Assembly: GCA_016935485.1 (NCBI GenBank)
Contig: JAFGQW010000216.1
Span: forward strand, 14,649 to 78,648
DNA from: Planctomycetota bacterium
GTDB lineage: Bacteria > Planctomycetota > JAFGQW01
Length of the DNA: 64,000 nucleotides
Direction: 5' to 3'
Shown: piece by piece, positions 1 to 8,840 of the stretch
Layout of the letters: each line of letters begins with the position of its first letter
How positions within the stretch are numbered: the first letter of the stretch is position 1
Notes under the pieces: model-generated
The model's database searches: none
Told to the model about the DNA's origin: nothing
What the model saw: the letters and a program-made list of their open reading frames with translations, nothing else
Made by a program: the position numbers and the translations under genes

Positions 1-1649
1 CGCTCCTCGGCGTGCACCTCGCCCCCCAGGCGGGTCAGCGCGCGCGGCACGGTCGTGAGCACGAGCGTCTCGAAGCCGCGGCCCAGACGAGCCAGCGGAT
101 GGAGAAGGAGCCACATCAGCGCTTGTGCCCCCTTGCGGTAGGTCCACTCGGCGTCGATGTTGGTCGACCGGAGCTCGGGCGGATAGAGCCCGGTGAGCTT
201 GAGACCGGTGAACGCCATTGCCGACCAGAACAGGAGCTGCGACTGCGTGATGACGTGGGTGAGGTCGTAGGGCTGGTAGTCGTTCACGAGCGGCAGCAGC
301 CGGTAGAGAAACACGTTCGGCAGCATCCCGTTGAAGAGGCACAGCGCCGCCGCGATGCCCATCGCCAGCAGCATGTGGAGCGGTGCCTCCCGGCAGCGGA
401 TGCCGCTGTCGTGCGCGTAGAACGCGAAGAACGGGATCTTGATGCCCGCGTGGTGGAAGACGCCGGCCGAGGCGAACAGCAGCAGGAACCACTGGACGTC
501 GAAGTCGTGCTCCGCCAGCGCCGCCATCACCATCGACTTCGAGACGAAGCCGCTGAACAACGGAAACGCCGAGATCGACGCCGCCCCCACGAGGCACAGT
601 CCGGCCGTCACCGGCATGGACTTGTAGAGGCCGCCGAGGTCCGAGCCGTTGATCTTGCCGGTGCGGTGAAGCACCGCGCCCATGGACATGAAGAGGAGCC
701 CCTTGAACAGCACGTCGTTGAAGGCGTGCGCCACCGCGCCGTTCACCCCCAGGGCCGTCCCCACCCCGACGCCCGCCACCATGAAGCCGATCTGGTTGAT
801 CATCGAGTAGCCGAGCACCCGGCGCAGATCGTTCTCGATCACGGCGAAGAAGATCGGGAAGCACGCCATTGCCGTGCCGATCCAGACCAGCTCGGTGGTG
901 CCCGCGAACGAGCGGGCGAGCGCGTAGACCGCCACCTTCGTGGTGAACGCGCTCAGGAATACCGTGCCGGTCGGAGTGGCCTCCGGATAGGCGTCGGTCA
1001 GCCAGTTGTGGAGCAGTGGGAAGGCGCACTTGATGCCGAAGGCGGCGAGCATCAGCTTGGCCGCGAGCGGCAGCGCCAGGACGTCGAGCCGGCCTGGATT
1101 CAGCGCGCCGAAGGTGACCGAGCCCGTCTCGTGCACGTGCACCAGGATCCCGGCGAGCAGCAGCAGCCCCGACACCACGTTGACCATCAGGTAGCGCATC
1201 CCGGCGCCGTAGGCGCGCGCACTCTTGCGCGCCCAGATGAGGAACACCGAGGTGACGGCCAGCAGCTCCCAGCAGACGAACAGCGTGATCAGGTCACCGG
1301 CGAACACCGCGCCCAGCGCGGCGCCGGCATAGGTGACCGCCGCCACCTGCTCCACGGCGCCCTTCACGTGCAGCGCGAACAGGATCCCGAGGAAGGCGGC
1401 GATGTGGAAGAGCACGCCGAACAGAAAGCTCATGCTGTCCACCGCGCCGTCGTCCATCCGGACCAGGATCAGCCGGTGGCCGAACAGCTCGAGCCCCCCC
1501 CAGTTCGCCCCGTCGTGGAGCGCCAGCAGGTTCACGGCGCCGAGCAGGGGCAGCGCGAGCAGCCAGGCGGCGCGGAGCTTGCCGCGGAGCAGCGGAATCA
1601 GCAGCGCGCCGGCGAGGAAGACCACCGCGGGAGGAACGCTACCGATCAT
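1..1649 (-). CDS. MrpA/NuoL-like proton-translocating antiporter subunit (N-terminal module); 3' end lies beyond window start
   Basis: Reverse-complement translation from an ATG near 1647-1649 gives MIGSVPPAVVFLAGALLIPLL... with NuoL/MrpA-type TM helices (…HAFFKALLFM…-like region). The + strand track ORF 12..1670 is a low-complexity R/H/E-rich antisense shadow. It sits at the end of the mrp-like operon. It is partial because the gene runs off the window. Confidence 0.7.
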   Translation of the reverse strand, partial: MIGSVPPAVVFLAGALLIPLLRGKLRAAWLLALPLLGAVNLLALHDGANWGGLELFGHRLILVRMDDGAVDSMSFLFGVLFHIAAFLGILFALHVKGAVEQVAAVTYAGAALGAVFAGDLITLFVCWELLAVTSVFLIWARKSARAYGAGMRYLMVNVVSGLLLLAGILVHVHETGSVTFGALNPGRLDVLALPLAAKLMLAAFGIKCAFPLLHNWLTDAYPEATPTGTVFLSAFTTKVAVYALARSFAGTTELVWIGTAMACFPIFFAVIENDLRRVLGYSMINQIGFMVAGVGVGTALGVNGAVAHAFNDVLFKGLLFMSMGAVLHRTGKINGSDLGGLYKSMPVTAGLCLVGAASISAFPLFSGFVSKSMVMAALAEHDFDVQWFLLLFASAGVFHHAGIKIPFFAFYAHDSGIRCREAPLHMLLAMGIAAALCLFNGMLPNVFLYRLLPLVNDYQPYDLTHVITQSQLLFWSAMAFTGLKLTGLYPPELRSTNIDAEWTYRKGAQALMWLLLHPLARLGRGFETLVLTTVPRALTRLGGEVHAEE

Positions 1650-1902
1650 AGTAGTCCTCCGCGCGCATGACGAGCTTGCGCAGCTCCTTCGCGGCGAGCA
1701 CCAGGAACACGCAGCCCACGAAGCCGTAGAACCCGTAAAACCCGAACAGGCGCTCCGCGCCGTAGTGCACCCGCTTGGTGTAGCAGAGATCGAGCAGCAG
1801 GAGCGCCACGCAGATGCCGGCGAGAAGGCCGATCACCCGCTTCACGTTGCGCGGATTGTCGAAGAGGTGCCTTCTCTCCTCGCGACGTTCCTGCTCGTCC
1901 AT
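1639..1902 (-). CDS. small 2-TM membrane protein (87 aa) inserted between mrpD and mrpA-like genes
   Basis: Tail of track ORF 1639..3111: MDEQERREERRHLFDNPRNVKRVIGLLAGICVALLLLDLCYTKRVHYGAERLFGFYGFYGFVGCVFLVLAAKELRKLVMRAEDYYDR. It has two hydrophobic helices and a 5-bp gap to the downstream start. No family recognised. Confidence 0.5.
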   Translation of the reverse strand: MDEQERREERRHLFDNPRNVKRVIGLLAGICVALLLLDLCYTKRVHYGAERLFGFYGFYGFVGCVFLVLAAKELRKLVMRAEDYYDR

Positions 1903-1919
1903 GGGCCTAGGCACTGCCG

Positions 1920-3380
1920 TCACCTGAGAATCTGGTTGGAGAACTGGAACACCAGTTCCGGATAGACGAAGAGCACGAGACAGCCCGCCGCGGTCACCAC
2001 GATCGGCAGCACGCACGCCAAGGGCGCCTCCTGGACGCCGCCCCGGAGCACCGCGTGGGTGGGCTCGTCGATGAACCCCCGGATGGCGATCGGCAGGAGG
2101 TACGCGACGTTGAGGAGCGAGCTCACCAGGAACACCCCCAGCAGCGCGATCCGGTCCGCCTCCAGCGCCGCGAGCCCGAGAAACCACTTCGACCAGGCCC
2201 CGCCGAGCGGCGGCAGGCCGATCACGCTCAGCGCGCCGACGAGGAAGCAGGCCGTGGTGACCGGCATCACCCGCCCGATGCCCCGCATGTCGCTCACCTC
2301 CGTCAGGTGGTGCGCGGTGTAGATGGCGCCGGCGCAGAAGAACAGCGTGATCTTCCCGAAGGCGTGCATCGCGATGTGCAGGCTGCCGCCGACGATGCCG
2401 AGCCGCGATCCCATCACCGCGGCGAGCACGATGTAGCTGAGCTGGCTCACCGTGGAGTAGGCCAGCCGCGCCTTGAGGTTGTCCTTGGTCAGCGCGACGA
2501 GCGAGGCGACGATCACGGTGCCGCCGGCCAGCCAGCACAGCGCGTCGCCGAGACGCTCGCGGGAGATGAAATCCACGCCAACCGTGAACACGGCGATCTT
2601 GAGCACGATGAACACGCCGGCCTTCACCACCGCCACCGCGTGCAGCAGCGCGCTCACCGGGGTCGGCGCCACCATCGCCGCCGGCAGCCAGAAGTGCAGC
2701 GGCATCACCGCCGCCTTGCCCGTGCCGAGAACGAACAGCACGAGCAGCACGGCCGCCACGGCGGGCGTCACCTTGCCCTCGAGAATCCCGCCCTCCCGGA
2801 AATCGACCGTGCCCGTGACCGCGTAGGTCCAGATGATCGCGAGCAGCATGAGGCAGGTCGAGGTGAACACGAGAATGCCGAGGTAGATGCGGCCCGCGCG
2901 GATGGCCTCCGGGGTCTCCTTGTGGGCGACCAGCGGGAAGGTGGAGAAGGTCAGCGCCTCGTAGAAGAGAAAGAGCGTGAACAGGTTGGCCGAGAACGCG
3001 ATCCCGAGCGCGCTGGCGATCGCCACCGCGAAGCAAGTATAGTAGCGCGTCTGCTTGTGTTCGCGATTGGCCCGCAGGTAGCCGAACGAGTAGATCGAGT
3101 TGAAGATCCACAGGAACGAGGCGATCAGCGCGTAGATCATGCCCAGCGGCTCGACGACGAGCGCGAGCCGGATGCCCGGCACCTCCTCCACCAGGTCCAC
3201 CGCGGGGCGCTCGCCCTGGAGCACCCCGGGAGCCAGGCTCGCCACCACCGCGAATGTCGCCAGCGCCGTCACCAGCGTGACCGTCTCGCGCAGCTTCGGC
3301 CAGCGGCCCGTGAGCCCGACGAGCAGTGCGCCCAGTCCGGGCACGGCCAGTGCGAGGGCAGGGGTGATCGCCGCCGTCAT
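1920..3380 (-). CDS. mrpD: Mrp antiporter subunit D / NuoN-like (487 aa)
   Basis: Start placed at internal Met 93 of track ORF 1920..3656 (MTAAITPALALAV...). The track's upstream 92 aa are R/G-rich junk. Conserved proton-pumping subunit motifs are present (WLPAAMVAPTPVSALLHAVAVVKAGVF, LAYSTVSQLSYIV). ATGA overlap with the upstream gene stop. Confidence 0.85.
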   Translation of the reverse strand: MTAAITPALALAVPGLGALLVGLTGRWPKLRETVTLVTALATFAVVASLAPGVLQGERPAVDLVEEVPGIRLALVVEPLGMIYALIASFLWIFNSIYSFGYLRANREHKQTRYYTCFAVAIASALGIAFSANLFTLFLFYEALTFSTFPLVAHKETPEAIRAGRIYLGILVFTSTCLMLLAIIWTYAVTGTVDFREGGILEGKVTPAVAAVLLVLFVLGTGKAAVMPLHFWLPAAMVAPTPVSALLHAVAVVKAGVFIVLKIAVFTVGVDFISRERLGDALCWLAGGTVIVASLVALTKDNLKARLAYSTVSQLSYIVLAAVMGSRLGIVGGSLHIAMHAFGKITLFFCAGAIYTAHHLTEVSDMRGIGRVMPVTTACFLVGALSVIGLPPLGGAWSKWFLGLAALEADRIALLGVFLVSSLLNVAYLLPIAIRGFIDEPTHAVLRGGVQEAPLACVLPIVVTAAGCLVLFVYPELVFQFSNQILR

Positions 3381-4867
3381 TCGCCGACTCCCAGGGCCAC
3401 GGCCGCGGCCTTGGCCGTGGCCACGGTGAACGTCGCGTGCAGCCCGAAGTAGAGCGAGGCGCCGATCAGCACCCAGGTCGGCACGAGCAGCGCGAGCGGC
3501 GCCTCCCGGACCGGAAGCGACGGATTCTCCGGGACCGCGAAGTAGAGCGCCTCGACCACCCGCCAGACGTAGAGGAGCGCGAGGATCGAGCCCACGAGGA
3601 TCACGACCGCCAGCGGCCAGGCGTCGCCGTGGAGGCAACCCGCCACCAGGTACCATTTGCTGATGAACCCGGCCGTGGCCGGCACACCCACCAGCCCCAT
3701 GCCGCCGACGACGATGGCCGCGGCCGTGAGCGGCATGCGCCGACCGAGGCCGCGCAGCTCGCCGATCGTGGCGCCGCCCAGCCGGTAGACGACCGCCCCC
3801 AGCGCGAGGAAGAGGCCGCCCTTCATGACGGCGTGGTTGAAGACGTGGACCACCGCCCCGGTGACGCTGGCGTGGTTATGAAGCCCCAGCCCCAGCATGA
3901 TGTAGCCGATCTGCGCCACGCTCGAGTACGCCAGCAGCCGCTTGATGTTGTTCTGCCGGATCGCCAGCACCGAGGCGACGAGGATCGCCAGACACGAGAA
4001 CCCGATCAGGAACACGTCGGCCGACAGGAAGTCGAAGGTCACCCGGAGCCCGAAGACGGTGAACAGGAAGCGAAACGTCATGTAGGCGCCCACCTTGGTG
4101 GCCGTGGCGGCGAGGAACGCCGTCACCACCGAGGGCGCATAGGTGTAGGCGTTGGGCAGCCACATGTGCAGCGGGAAGAGCGCCACCTTGAGCCCCAGCC
4201 CGGTGACGATGAGCGCGAACGCCGTGAGCACGACCCTGTCGCTCTGGAGCCCGGCCAGCCGGTCGGCCAGGTCCACCATGTTCAGCGTGCCCGTCTTCAT
4301 GTAGAGGTGGCCGATGCCGAGCAAGAGGAAGGTGGCCCCGACCGTCCCGAGGATGAGGTAGCGGAAGGCGGCGGTGAGCGCGCGCCGGTCCTTCTGCACA
4401 CCCAGCGCCACGAGCGTGTAGGTGGACAGCGAGGCGATCTCGAGCAGCACGTAGAGGTTGAAGGCGTCGCCGGTGATGGTGATGCCCAGCAACCCCGTCA
4501 GGCAGAGTAGCCACGCGGAGTAGAAGAAGCGCCAGCGCTCGGCGGGAATCTCGGCCGCCACACTCAGCCGCGCGAAGACCGCGCAGACGGCGGCGATGCC
4601 GGACACGATCGTGAGCACGAAGGCGTTGACGGCGTCGACGCGGTAGACGATGCCCCAGGGCGCCGGCCAGCTGCCCATCGCGTACTCCACCGGCGGCGCG
4701 CCGGCCACGAGCACGCGGCCCAGCAGCGTCGCCGACAGGGCGAACACCGCCCAGGTCACCAGCAGGGTGAGCAGCCACGGCAGGTGGCCGCGGCCGAGAA
4801 AGAGCGCCACCAGTCCCGCCACAAGCGGCACCACGACGATCAGCGCGGGAAGGTGCGGCGCGATCAT
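3377..4867 (-). CDS. mrpD: Mrp antiporter subunit D paralog / NuoM-like (496 aa)
   Basis: MIAPHLPALIVVVPLVAGL... with motifs LFPLHMWLPNAYTYAPSVVTAFLAATATKVGAYM and LLAYSSVAQIGYIMLGL typical of the MnhD/NuoM family. Second D-type subunit in tandem. Confidence 0.85.
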   Translation of the reverse strand: MIAPHLPALIVVVPLVAGLVALFLGRGHLPWLLTLLVTWAVFALSATLLGRVLVAGAPPVEYAMGSWPAPWGIVYRVDAVNAFVLTIVSGIAAVCAVFARLSVAAEIPAERWRFFYSAWLLCLTGLLGITITGDAFNLYVLLEIASLSTYTLVALGVQKDRRALTAAFRYLILGTVGATFLLLGIGHLYMKTGTLNMVDLADRLAGLQSDRVVLTAFALIVTGLGLKVALFPLHMWLPNAYTYAPSVVTAFLAATATKVGAYMTFRFLFTVFGLRVTFDFLSADVFLIGFSCLAILVASVLAIRQNNIKRLLAYSSVAQIGYIMLGLGLHNHASVTGAVVHVFNHAVMKGGLFLALGAVVYRLGGATIGELRGLGRRMPLTAAAIVVGGMGLVGVPATAGFISKWYLVAGCLHGDAWPLAVVILVGSILALLYVWRVVEALYFAVPENPSLPVREAPLALLVPTWVLIGASLYFGLHATFTVATAKAAAVALGVGE

Positions 4868-5229
4868 AGCTCCTCGAACTCCCCGAGCTCATCGGCCTCG
4901 ACGGTGCCGAACTCCTTCTTGATGGCGATCACCAGCGCCAGCGCCACCGCCGTGGTGCTCACCGACACCACGATCGCGGTCAGGATGAGCACGTGCGGCA
5001 GCGGATTGGTGTACGGCTGGCCCTCCCGGAGCGCCTCCCAGTAGATCGGCGCGGTGCCGCCTTTCTTCACCGCCATCGAGATGTAGAAGAGGAACACCGC
5101 CGTCTGGAACATCCCGAGCGCGATGACCTTCTTCACGAGGTTCGGCTTGGCCGTCGCCCCGTAGAGCCCGATCATCATCAGCACGACGTAGATCAGGTAG
5201 TTGTAGTGGTACTGGAGGAACCACTCCAT
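4864..5229 (-). CDS. mrpC: Mrp antiporter subunit C / NuoK-like
   Basis: 121 aa, three TM helices, MEWFLQYHYNYLIYVVLMMIGLYGATAKPNLVKKVIALGMFQTAVFLFYIS typical of MnhC. Start overlaps the stop of the upstream gene (4864-4867). Confidence 0.85.
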   Translation of the reverse strand: MEWFLQYHYNYLIYVVLMMIGLYGATAKPNLVKKVIALGMFQTAVFLFYISMAVKKGGTAPIYWEALREGQPYTNPLPHVLILTAIVVSVSTTAVALALVIAIKKEFGTVEADELGEFEEL

Positions 5230-5232
5230 CGC

Positions 5233-5652
5233 TCAGGACTCCGCGAACTCGCGAAACAGCGTGATCATCACCGCCGCCACGGTCATCCCCACGCCCAGCT
5301 CCACCAGCGTCATGCCGAGCGCCTGCGCCGCCCCGGGATCGTGCGGGGCGTGCATGAGCGCGTAGTAGTCGAGGAAGTTGCCGCCGCGCACGAGACACCA
5401 GACGCCGACGCCCGCGTAGAGGAGCACGCCGGCCGCGGCCAGCACGTCCGTGGTGCGCTTGGGGACGATCGCGGTGGAGGCCTGGATGCCGTGGACGAGC
5501 GTGTAGAGCACGAAGGCCGACGCCAGGATCACGCCCCCCTGGAAGCCGCCGCCCGGCCCGCCCTCGCCGTGGAAGATCACGTAGAGCCCGAACACCATCA
5601 TGAACGGCATGAGCACCCGGGCCGTGGTCCGGATCACGACGTTGTCATCCAT
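5233..5652 (-). CDS. mrpB: Mrp antiporter subunit B
   Basis: 139 aa, MnhB-like: ...MPFMMVFGLYVIFHGEGGPGGGFQGGVILASAFVLY... Confidence 0.8.
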   Translation of the reverse strand: MDDNVVIRTTARVLMPFMMVFGLYVIFHGEGGPGGGFQGGVILASAFVLYTLVHGIQASTAIVPKRTTDVLAAAGVLLYAGVGVWCLVRGGNFLDYYALMHAPHDPGAAQALGMTLVELGVGMTVAAVMITLFREFAES

Positions 5653-6292
5653 CGCCAGCCGTCTCGCTCTCGTCTCGTGGCCGCGCGCGCGGCGCCCGCC
5701 GGCGCCGCCGCCGGAACAGCCGGCCCTTCTCGCGCGGCGCGCCGCGCAGCAGGATCAGGCTGATCCCGGCGGTAAAGATCACCGCCGTCTCGAACATCGT
5801 GTCGTACCCGCGGTAGCTTGCCAGCACGGCGGTCACCTGGTTGGGCACGTGGTGGCCCATGTTTGCCAGAGGCGCCCCGGGTCCGATCTGGTCGCCGTGG
5901 GGCGCGTTCTGCGCGATGTACTCCGGCGCCACGTGGCCGTGGATGGGGGCGGCCGGATCGCCGAACCGGGGCATGTCCTGGATGCCGTAGACCAGCGCCG
6001 CCCCGGTAGCGACGCAGATCCCGAGCGCGGGCCAGTGCACGCGCGGTTCGCGGCGCTCCTCCCGCCCGGTGTAGACGAGCGTGCCCACGAGCAGCACGGT
6101 CGTGATCCCCGCCCCCACTGCCGCCTCCGTGAAGGCGACGTCCATGGCCTGCATGTTGTACCAGACGATGGCCATGAGCAGGCTGTAGATGGACATCAGC
6201 AGCACCGCGCCAAAGAGGCTGCGGGTCCGGATGACCGCCACCGCCGTGATCCCCAGCAGGGTGAGCAGCAGCATGTCGACCGCGATCATCAT
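5645..6292 (-). CDS. MnhB-domain (DUF4040-like) membrane protein, equivalent to MrpA C-terminal domain encoded separately
   Basis: 215 aa, several TM helices (MMIAVDMLLLTLLGITAVAVIRTRSLFGAVLLMSIYSLLMAIVWY...). Resembles the C-terminal MnhB-like domain of MrpA / MbhD-E type subunits. Arg-rich C-terminal tail. Confidence 0.65.
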   Translation of the reverse strand: MMIAVDMLLLTLLGITAVAVIRTRSLFGAVLLMSIYSLLMAIVWYNMQAMDVAFTEAAVGAGITTVLLVGTLVYTGREERREPRVHWPALGICVATGAALVYGIQDMPRFGDPAAPIHGHVAPEYIAQNAPHGDQIGPGAPLANMGHHVPNQVTAVLASYRGYDTMFETAVIFTAGISLILLRGAPREKGRLFRRRRRRAPRARPRDESETAGDG

Positions 6293-6630
6293 CGGCGCGG
6301 CTCTCCCTTCCGCCAGGGCACCCGGCCGTCCTGCTGCGCGCCGCGCGCCACCGCGTGGGTGGCGGTCGGCGAGGTGACGATGATGAAGCCGGTGATCAGC
6401 AAGAGTCGGACGACCACCGCCGGCGTGTTCACCGAGAGCGAGCCGGCGTGCGCCACCGTGTAGAGCGCCAGGCCGAGGAAGATCAGCAGCTGGGCCAGCG
6501 TGTCGCCCTTTCCCGAGCAGTGGGCGCGCGTGTAGAAATCCGGCATGCGCAGCACGCCGACGGCGCCGGTGACGGCCACCAGCGCCCCCAGGAAGAGGCT
6601 CGAGGCGGCAACGATGTCGAGGAGGATCAT
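6289..6630 (-). CDS. mrpG: Mrp antiporter subunit G
   Basis: 113 aa: MILLDIVAASSLFLGALVAVTGAVGVLRMPDFYTRAHCSGKGDTLAQLLIFLGLAL... matches MnhG (RMPDFYTR.HA..K motif). Confidence 0.8.
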   Translation of the reverse strand: MILLDIVAASSLFLGALVAVTGAVGVLRMPDFYTRAHCSGKGDTLAQLLIFLGLALYTVAHAGSLSVNTPAVVVRLLLITGFIIVTSPTATHAVARGAQQDGRVPWRKGEPRR

Positions 6631-6637
6631 CCGGAGG

Positions 6638-6892
6638 CTACCCCAGTCGCTGGTACTCGATAAACTTGAGGATGGCGAGCGTGGCCAGGAAGTTGATCAG
6701 CGCGTAGACCAGGGCGATGTCGAGGAAATCGGGGCGCTCGTAGACAAAACCGAGCAGCGACACCAGGATCACCGTCTTGGTGCCCAGGGCGTTCGTGGCC
6801 AGGATGCGGTCGAACGCCGTGGGTCCGAGCAGTGCCCGGACGAGGTAGAGCAGGATGGCGACGAGAATGGCGATCGACGCGGCGGCGAACAT
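6638..6892 (-). CDS. mrpF: Mrp antiporter subunit F
   Basis: 84 aa: MFAAASIAILVAILLYLVRALLGPTAFDRILATNALGTKTVILVSLLGFV... matches MnhF. Confidence 0.8.
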   Translation of the reverse strand: MFAAASIAILVAILLYLVRALLGPTAFDRILATNALGTKTVILVSLLGFVYERPDFLDIALVYALINFLATLAILKFIEYQRLG

Positions 6893-6899
6893 GGCCCTC

Positions 6900-7379
6900 C
6901 TACTCCAGGCTTCTTACCCGGTCGTGCATCTGCCCCGACACGAGCCCCTTCTCGCTCGCTGCGCTGAGCGCGTGCACGAGAAACTCGCCCTCCTCGACCG
7001 CCAGCGTGATCGTGCCCGGGGTGAGCGTGATGGAGTTGGCATAGAGCGTGGTGTGCAGGTCGGTGGTTGTCCGGTAGGGCACCCGGACCAGGCGCGGGTC
7101 GATCGGGAGTCGGGGATGCCAGACCCGCCAGAAAACATCGATGTTGGCGAGCACGATCTGGCCGAACAGCCAGGGCCAGTAGGTGATCGCGCCGGTGAGC
7201 AGCGGGTGCACGGGGTGCCCGCCCTTGACTTCGAACACGCCCTTGCGGCGCGCAAGGTAGACCACGAGCGCGCACGAGAACACGCCCGCGCCGATGAGGA
7301 AGGCGGTGTAGTGGCCGGAGAGCGCGAGCCAGAACACGAGGAGGACGGCGAACAGGTAGACAGTGCGCATCGGCCCCAT
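6900..7379 (-). CDS. mrpE: Mrp antiporter subunit E
   Basis: 159 aa MnhE-like: ...LFAVLLVFWLALSGHYTAFLIGAGVFSCALVVYLARR... First gene of the minus-strand operon E-F-G-B'-B-C-D-D-x-A. Confidence 0.8.
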   Translation of the reverse strand: MGPMRTVYLFAVLLVFWLALSGHYTAFLIGAGVFSCALVVYLARRKGVFEVKGGHPVHPLLTGAITYWPWLFGQIVLANIDVFWRVWHPRLPIDPRLVRVPYRTTTDLHTTLYANSITLTPGTITLAVEEGEFLVHALSAASEKGLVSGQMHDRVRSLE

Positions 7380-7534
7380 CCTGCGCTCGGCAACCTTCTT
7401 TCCCTGCGATCAGGCGGGCGGCCGCGACCGGCCGGGGCGGGCCTGATGAACAGGCTAGAAGGATAGGAGATCCTCGCGGATTCGCAAGCTCGAAGCCCGG
7501 AGATTCGGCGGCCGACAATCGGGCGGCGCGACTC

Positions 7535-7605
7535 GCCTGCGCCACGCTCACCCGCACCCGCACCCGCCCGCGCCACGCACTCTCCCGCGCGCGCGTCCCG
7601 GACAC
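7535..7605. repeat. single copy of GC-rich REP-like intergenic repeat (CCGCCCGCGCCAC...GCGCGCGCG...ACCCGCACCCGCAC family)
   Basis: Seen directly: cgcctgcgccacgctcacccgcacccgcacccgcccgcgccacgcactctcccgcgcgcgcgtcccg between sppA stop and mrpE start. Same motif family as the repeats at 16.6, 18.3, 29.0 and 42.5 kb. Confidence 0.6.
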
Positions 7606-7614
7606 CCCCGGCCG

Positions 7615-8664
7615 TCACAGCTGCCAGAGGTAGAGCACCGGCGAGCCCCCGCGGCCGAGGTAACTGTCGAGGTCGAAGATCGGGCCGACCGCGATCCGGT
7701 CAGCCAGCCGGGCGGAGAGCAGTGACTCCAGAAGGCCCCGCGGATCGTCGTAGCGGATCACGCGGAGGCTCTTCACCTTGGCGAGCTCCGCCGCCTTCGC
7801 GACCGCGTCGTCGAGACTGCCCAGCTGGTCCACCAGCCCCTTCTCGAGGGCCTGCCGTCCGGAGAGCACCGTGCCCTGGAGCGCGCGCACGTCCTCGGCG
7901 GCGATCTTGCCGCGCCGGCCCTCGGTCACGACCTGGACGAAGCGGTCGAACATCTCGCCGATGATGGCCTCAAGGTGCGTCCGTTCGGCCTCGGTCATCG
8001 GCCGGTACGGCGACAGGATGTCCTTGTGCGACCCGGAAACGAGCGCGTGCGTCTTGATGCCGAGCTTCCCGTCGAGCAGCCCTTGCATGTCGTGGTGCAC
8101 GAGCAGGACGCCGATGGAGGCCGTGAGCGAGGTGGGCATGGCGACGATCCAGTCGGCCGGCGCCGAGATGTAGTACCCGCCCGACGCCGCGAGGTCCTTC
8201 ATCTGCACCACCACAGGCACTCCGGGGTGCTCCTTCTTGAAGTCGACGATCGCCCGATAGATCAGATCGGACGCCGTGATGCCGCCCCCCGGCGAGTTCA
8301 CCTCCACGATCAGCGCCTTCACCTTGTCGCGGGCGGCCCGCTTGAGCCGCTTGCGCACGGCGCTGACCGGATCCCGCCCCCGGCGGAACGGACCGTACCC
8401 CTCCTCCAGGATCACGCCCTCCACACGGATCAGCGCCGCCCGATCGCTCGCCTCGGCGTCGCCGGCCGCGAACTCGGTCTCGAGCCCGCGCTCGGGGATC
8501 GATTTGGGCATGGTCAAGGCAAGGAGCACGAACCCGCCCACGATCAGGACGATCCCGAGGAGTGCGATCACGGCCAGCGCCACGACGGCCACCGGCAGGG
8601 TGCTCGATCGGTGCTTGATGACGATGGGCGGCCGCTCGCCGCCGGGAACGTTCACGGTGTCCAT
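7615..8664 (-). CDS. sppA: signal peptide peptidase SppA (36K type, S49 family)
   Basis: 349 aa. N-terminal TM segment, then an S49 peptidase domain (LIVEVNSPGGGITASDLIY...KDLAASGGYYISAPADWIVAMPTSLTASIGV). Confidence 0.9.
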   Translation of the reverse strand: MDTVNVPGGERPPIVIKHRSSTLPVAVVALAVIALLGIVLIVGGFVLLALTMPKSIPERGLETEFAAGDAEASDRAALIRVEGVILEEGYGPFRRGRDPVSAVRKRLKRAARDKVKALIVEVNSPGGGITASDLIYRAIVDFKKEHPGVPVVVQMKDLAASGGYYISAPADWIVAMPTSLTASIGVLLVHHDMQGLLDGKLGIKTHALVSGSHKDILSPYRPMTEAERTHLEAIIGEMFDRFVQVVTEGRRGKIAAEDVRALQGTVLSGRQALEKGLVDQLGSLDDAVAKAAELAKVKSLRVIRYDDPRGLLESLLSARLADRIAVGPIFDLDSYLGRGGSPVLYLWQL

Positions 8665-8840
8665 GCTCGCCTCCTCGCCGTGCGAGAGGAAAGGATCGGT
8701 CGGACCGCCTGCGACTGGCCCCAGTGTAGATCAGACAGCCGGGGATTTCACCTCGGTTCCGGCGCCTTCCGGCACGCCGGCCGGCCGCGCCGCGCGCGGG
8801 CCCGTACGCGGCGCTTCGCCCGCCGGGGCAGGTCGCCTCG

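Noticed and set aside
12-1670. 552-aa + strand ORF
   Set aside because: The translation is R/H/E/D/G-rich low complexity with no motifs. The opposite strand encodes a clear NuoL/MrpA-like membrane protein. This is a typical antisense shadow ORF in a 70% GC genome.
2055-4510. + strand ORFs 2055..3452 and 3437..4510 (465 and 357 aa)
   Set aside because: They are antisense to the two mrpD genes. Their translations are Arg/His/Glu-rich junk.
1-7379. Calling the mrp-like cluster an Mbh/Mbx membrane-bound hydrogenase
   Set aside because: No NuoB/NuoD-like catalytic subunits are present within the window next to the membrane subunits. The only hydrogenase in the window is a soluble group 3b enzyme 15 kb away.
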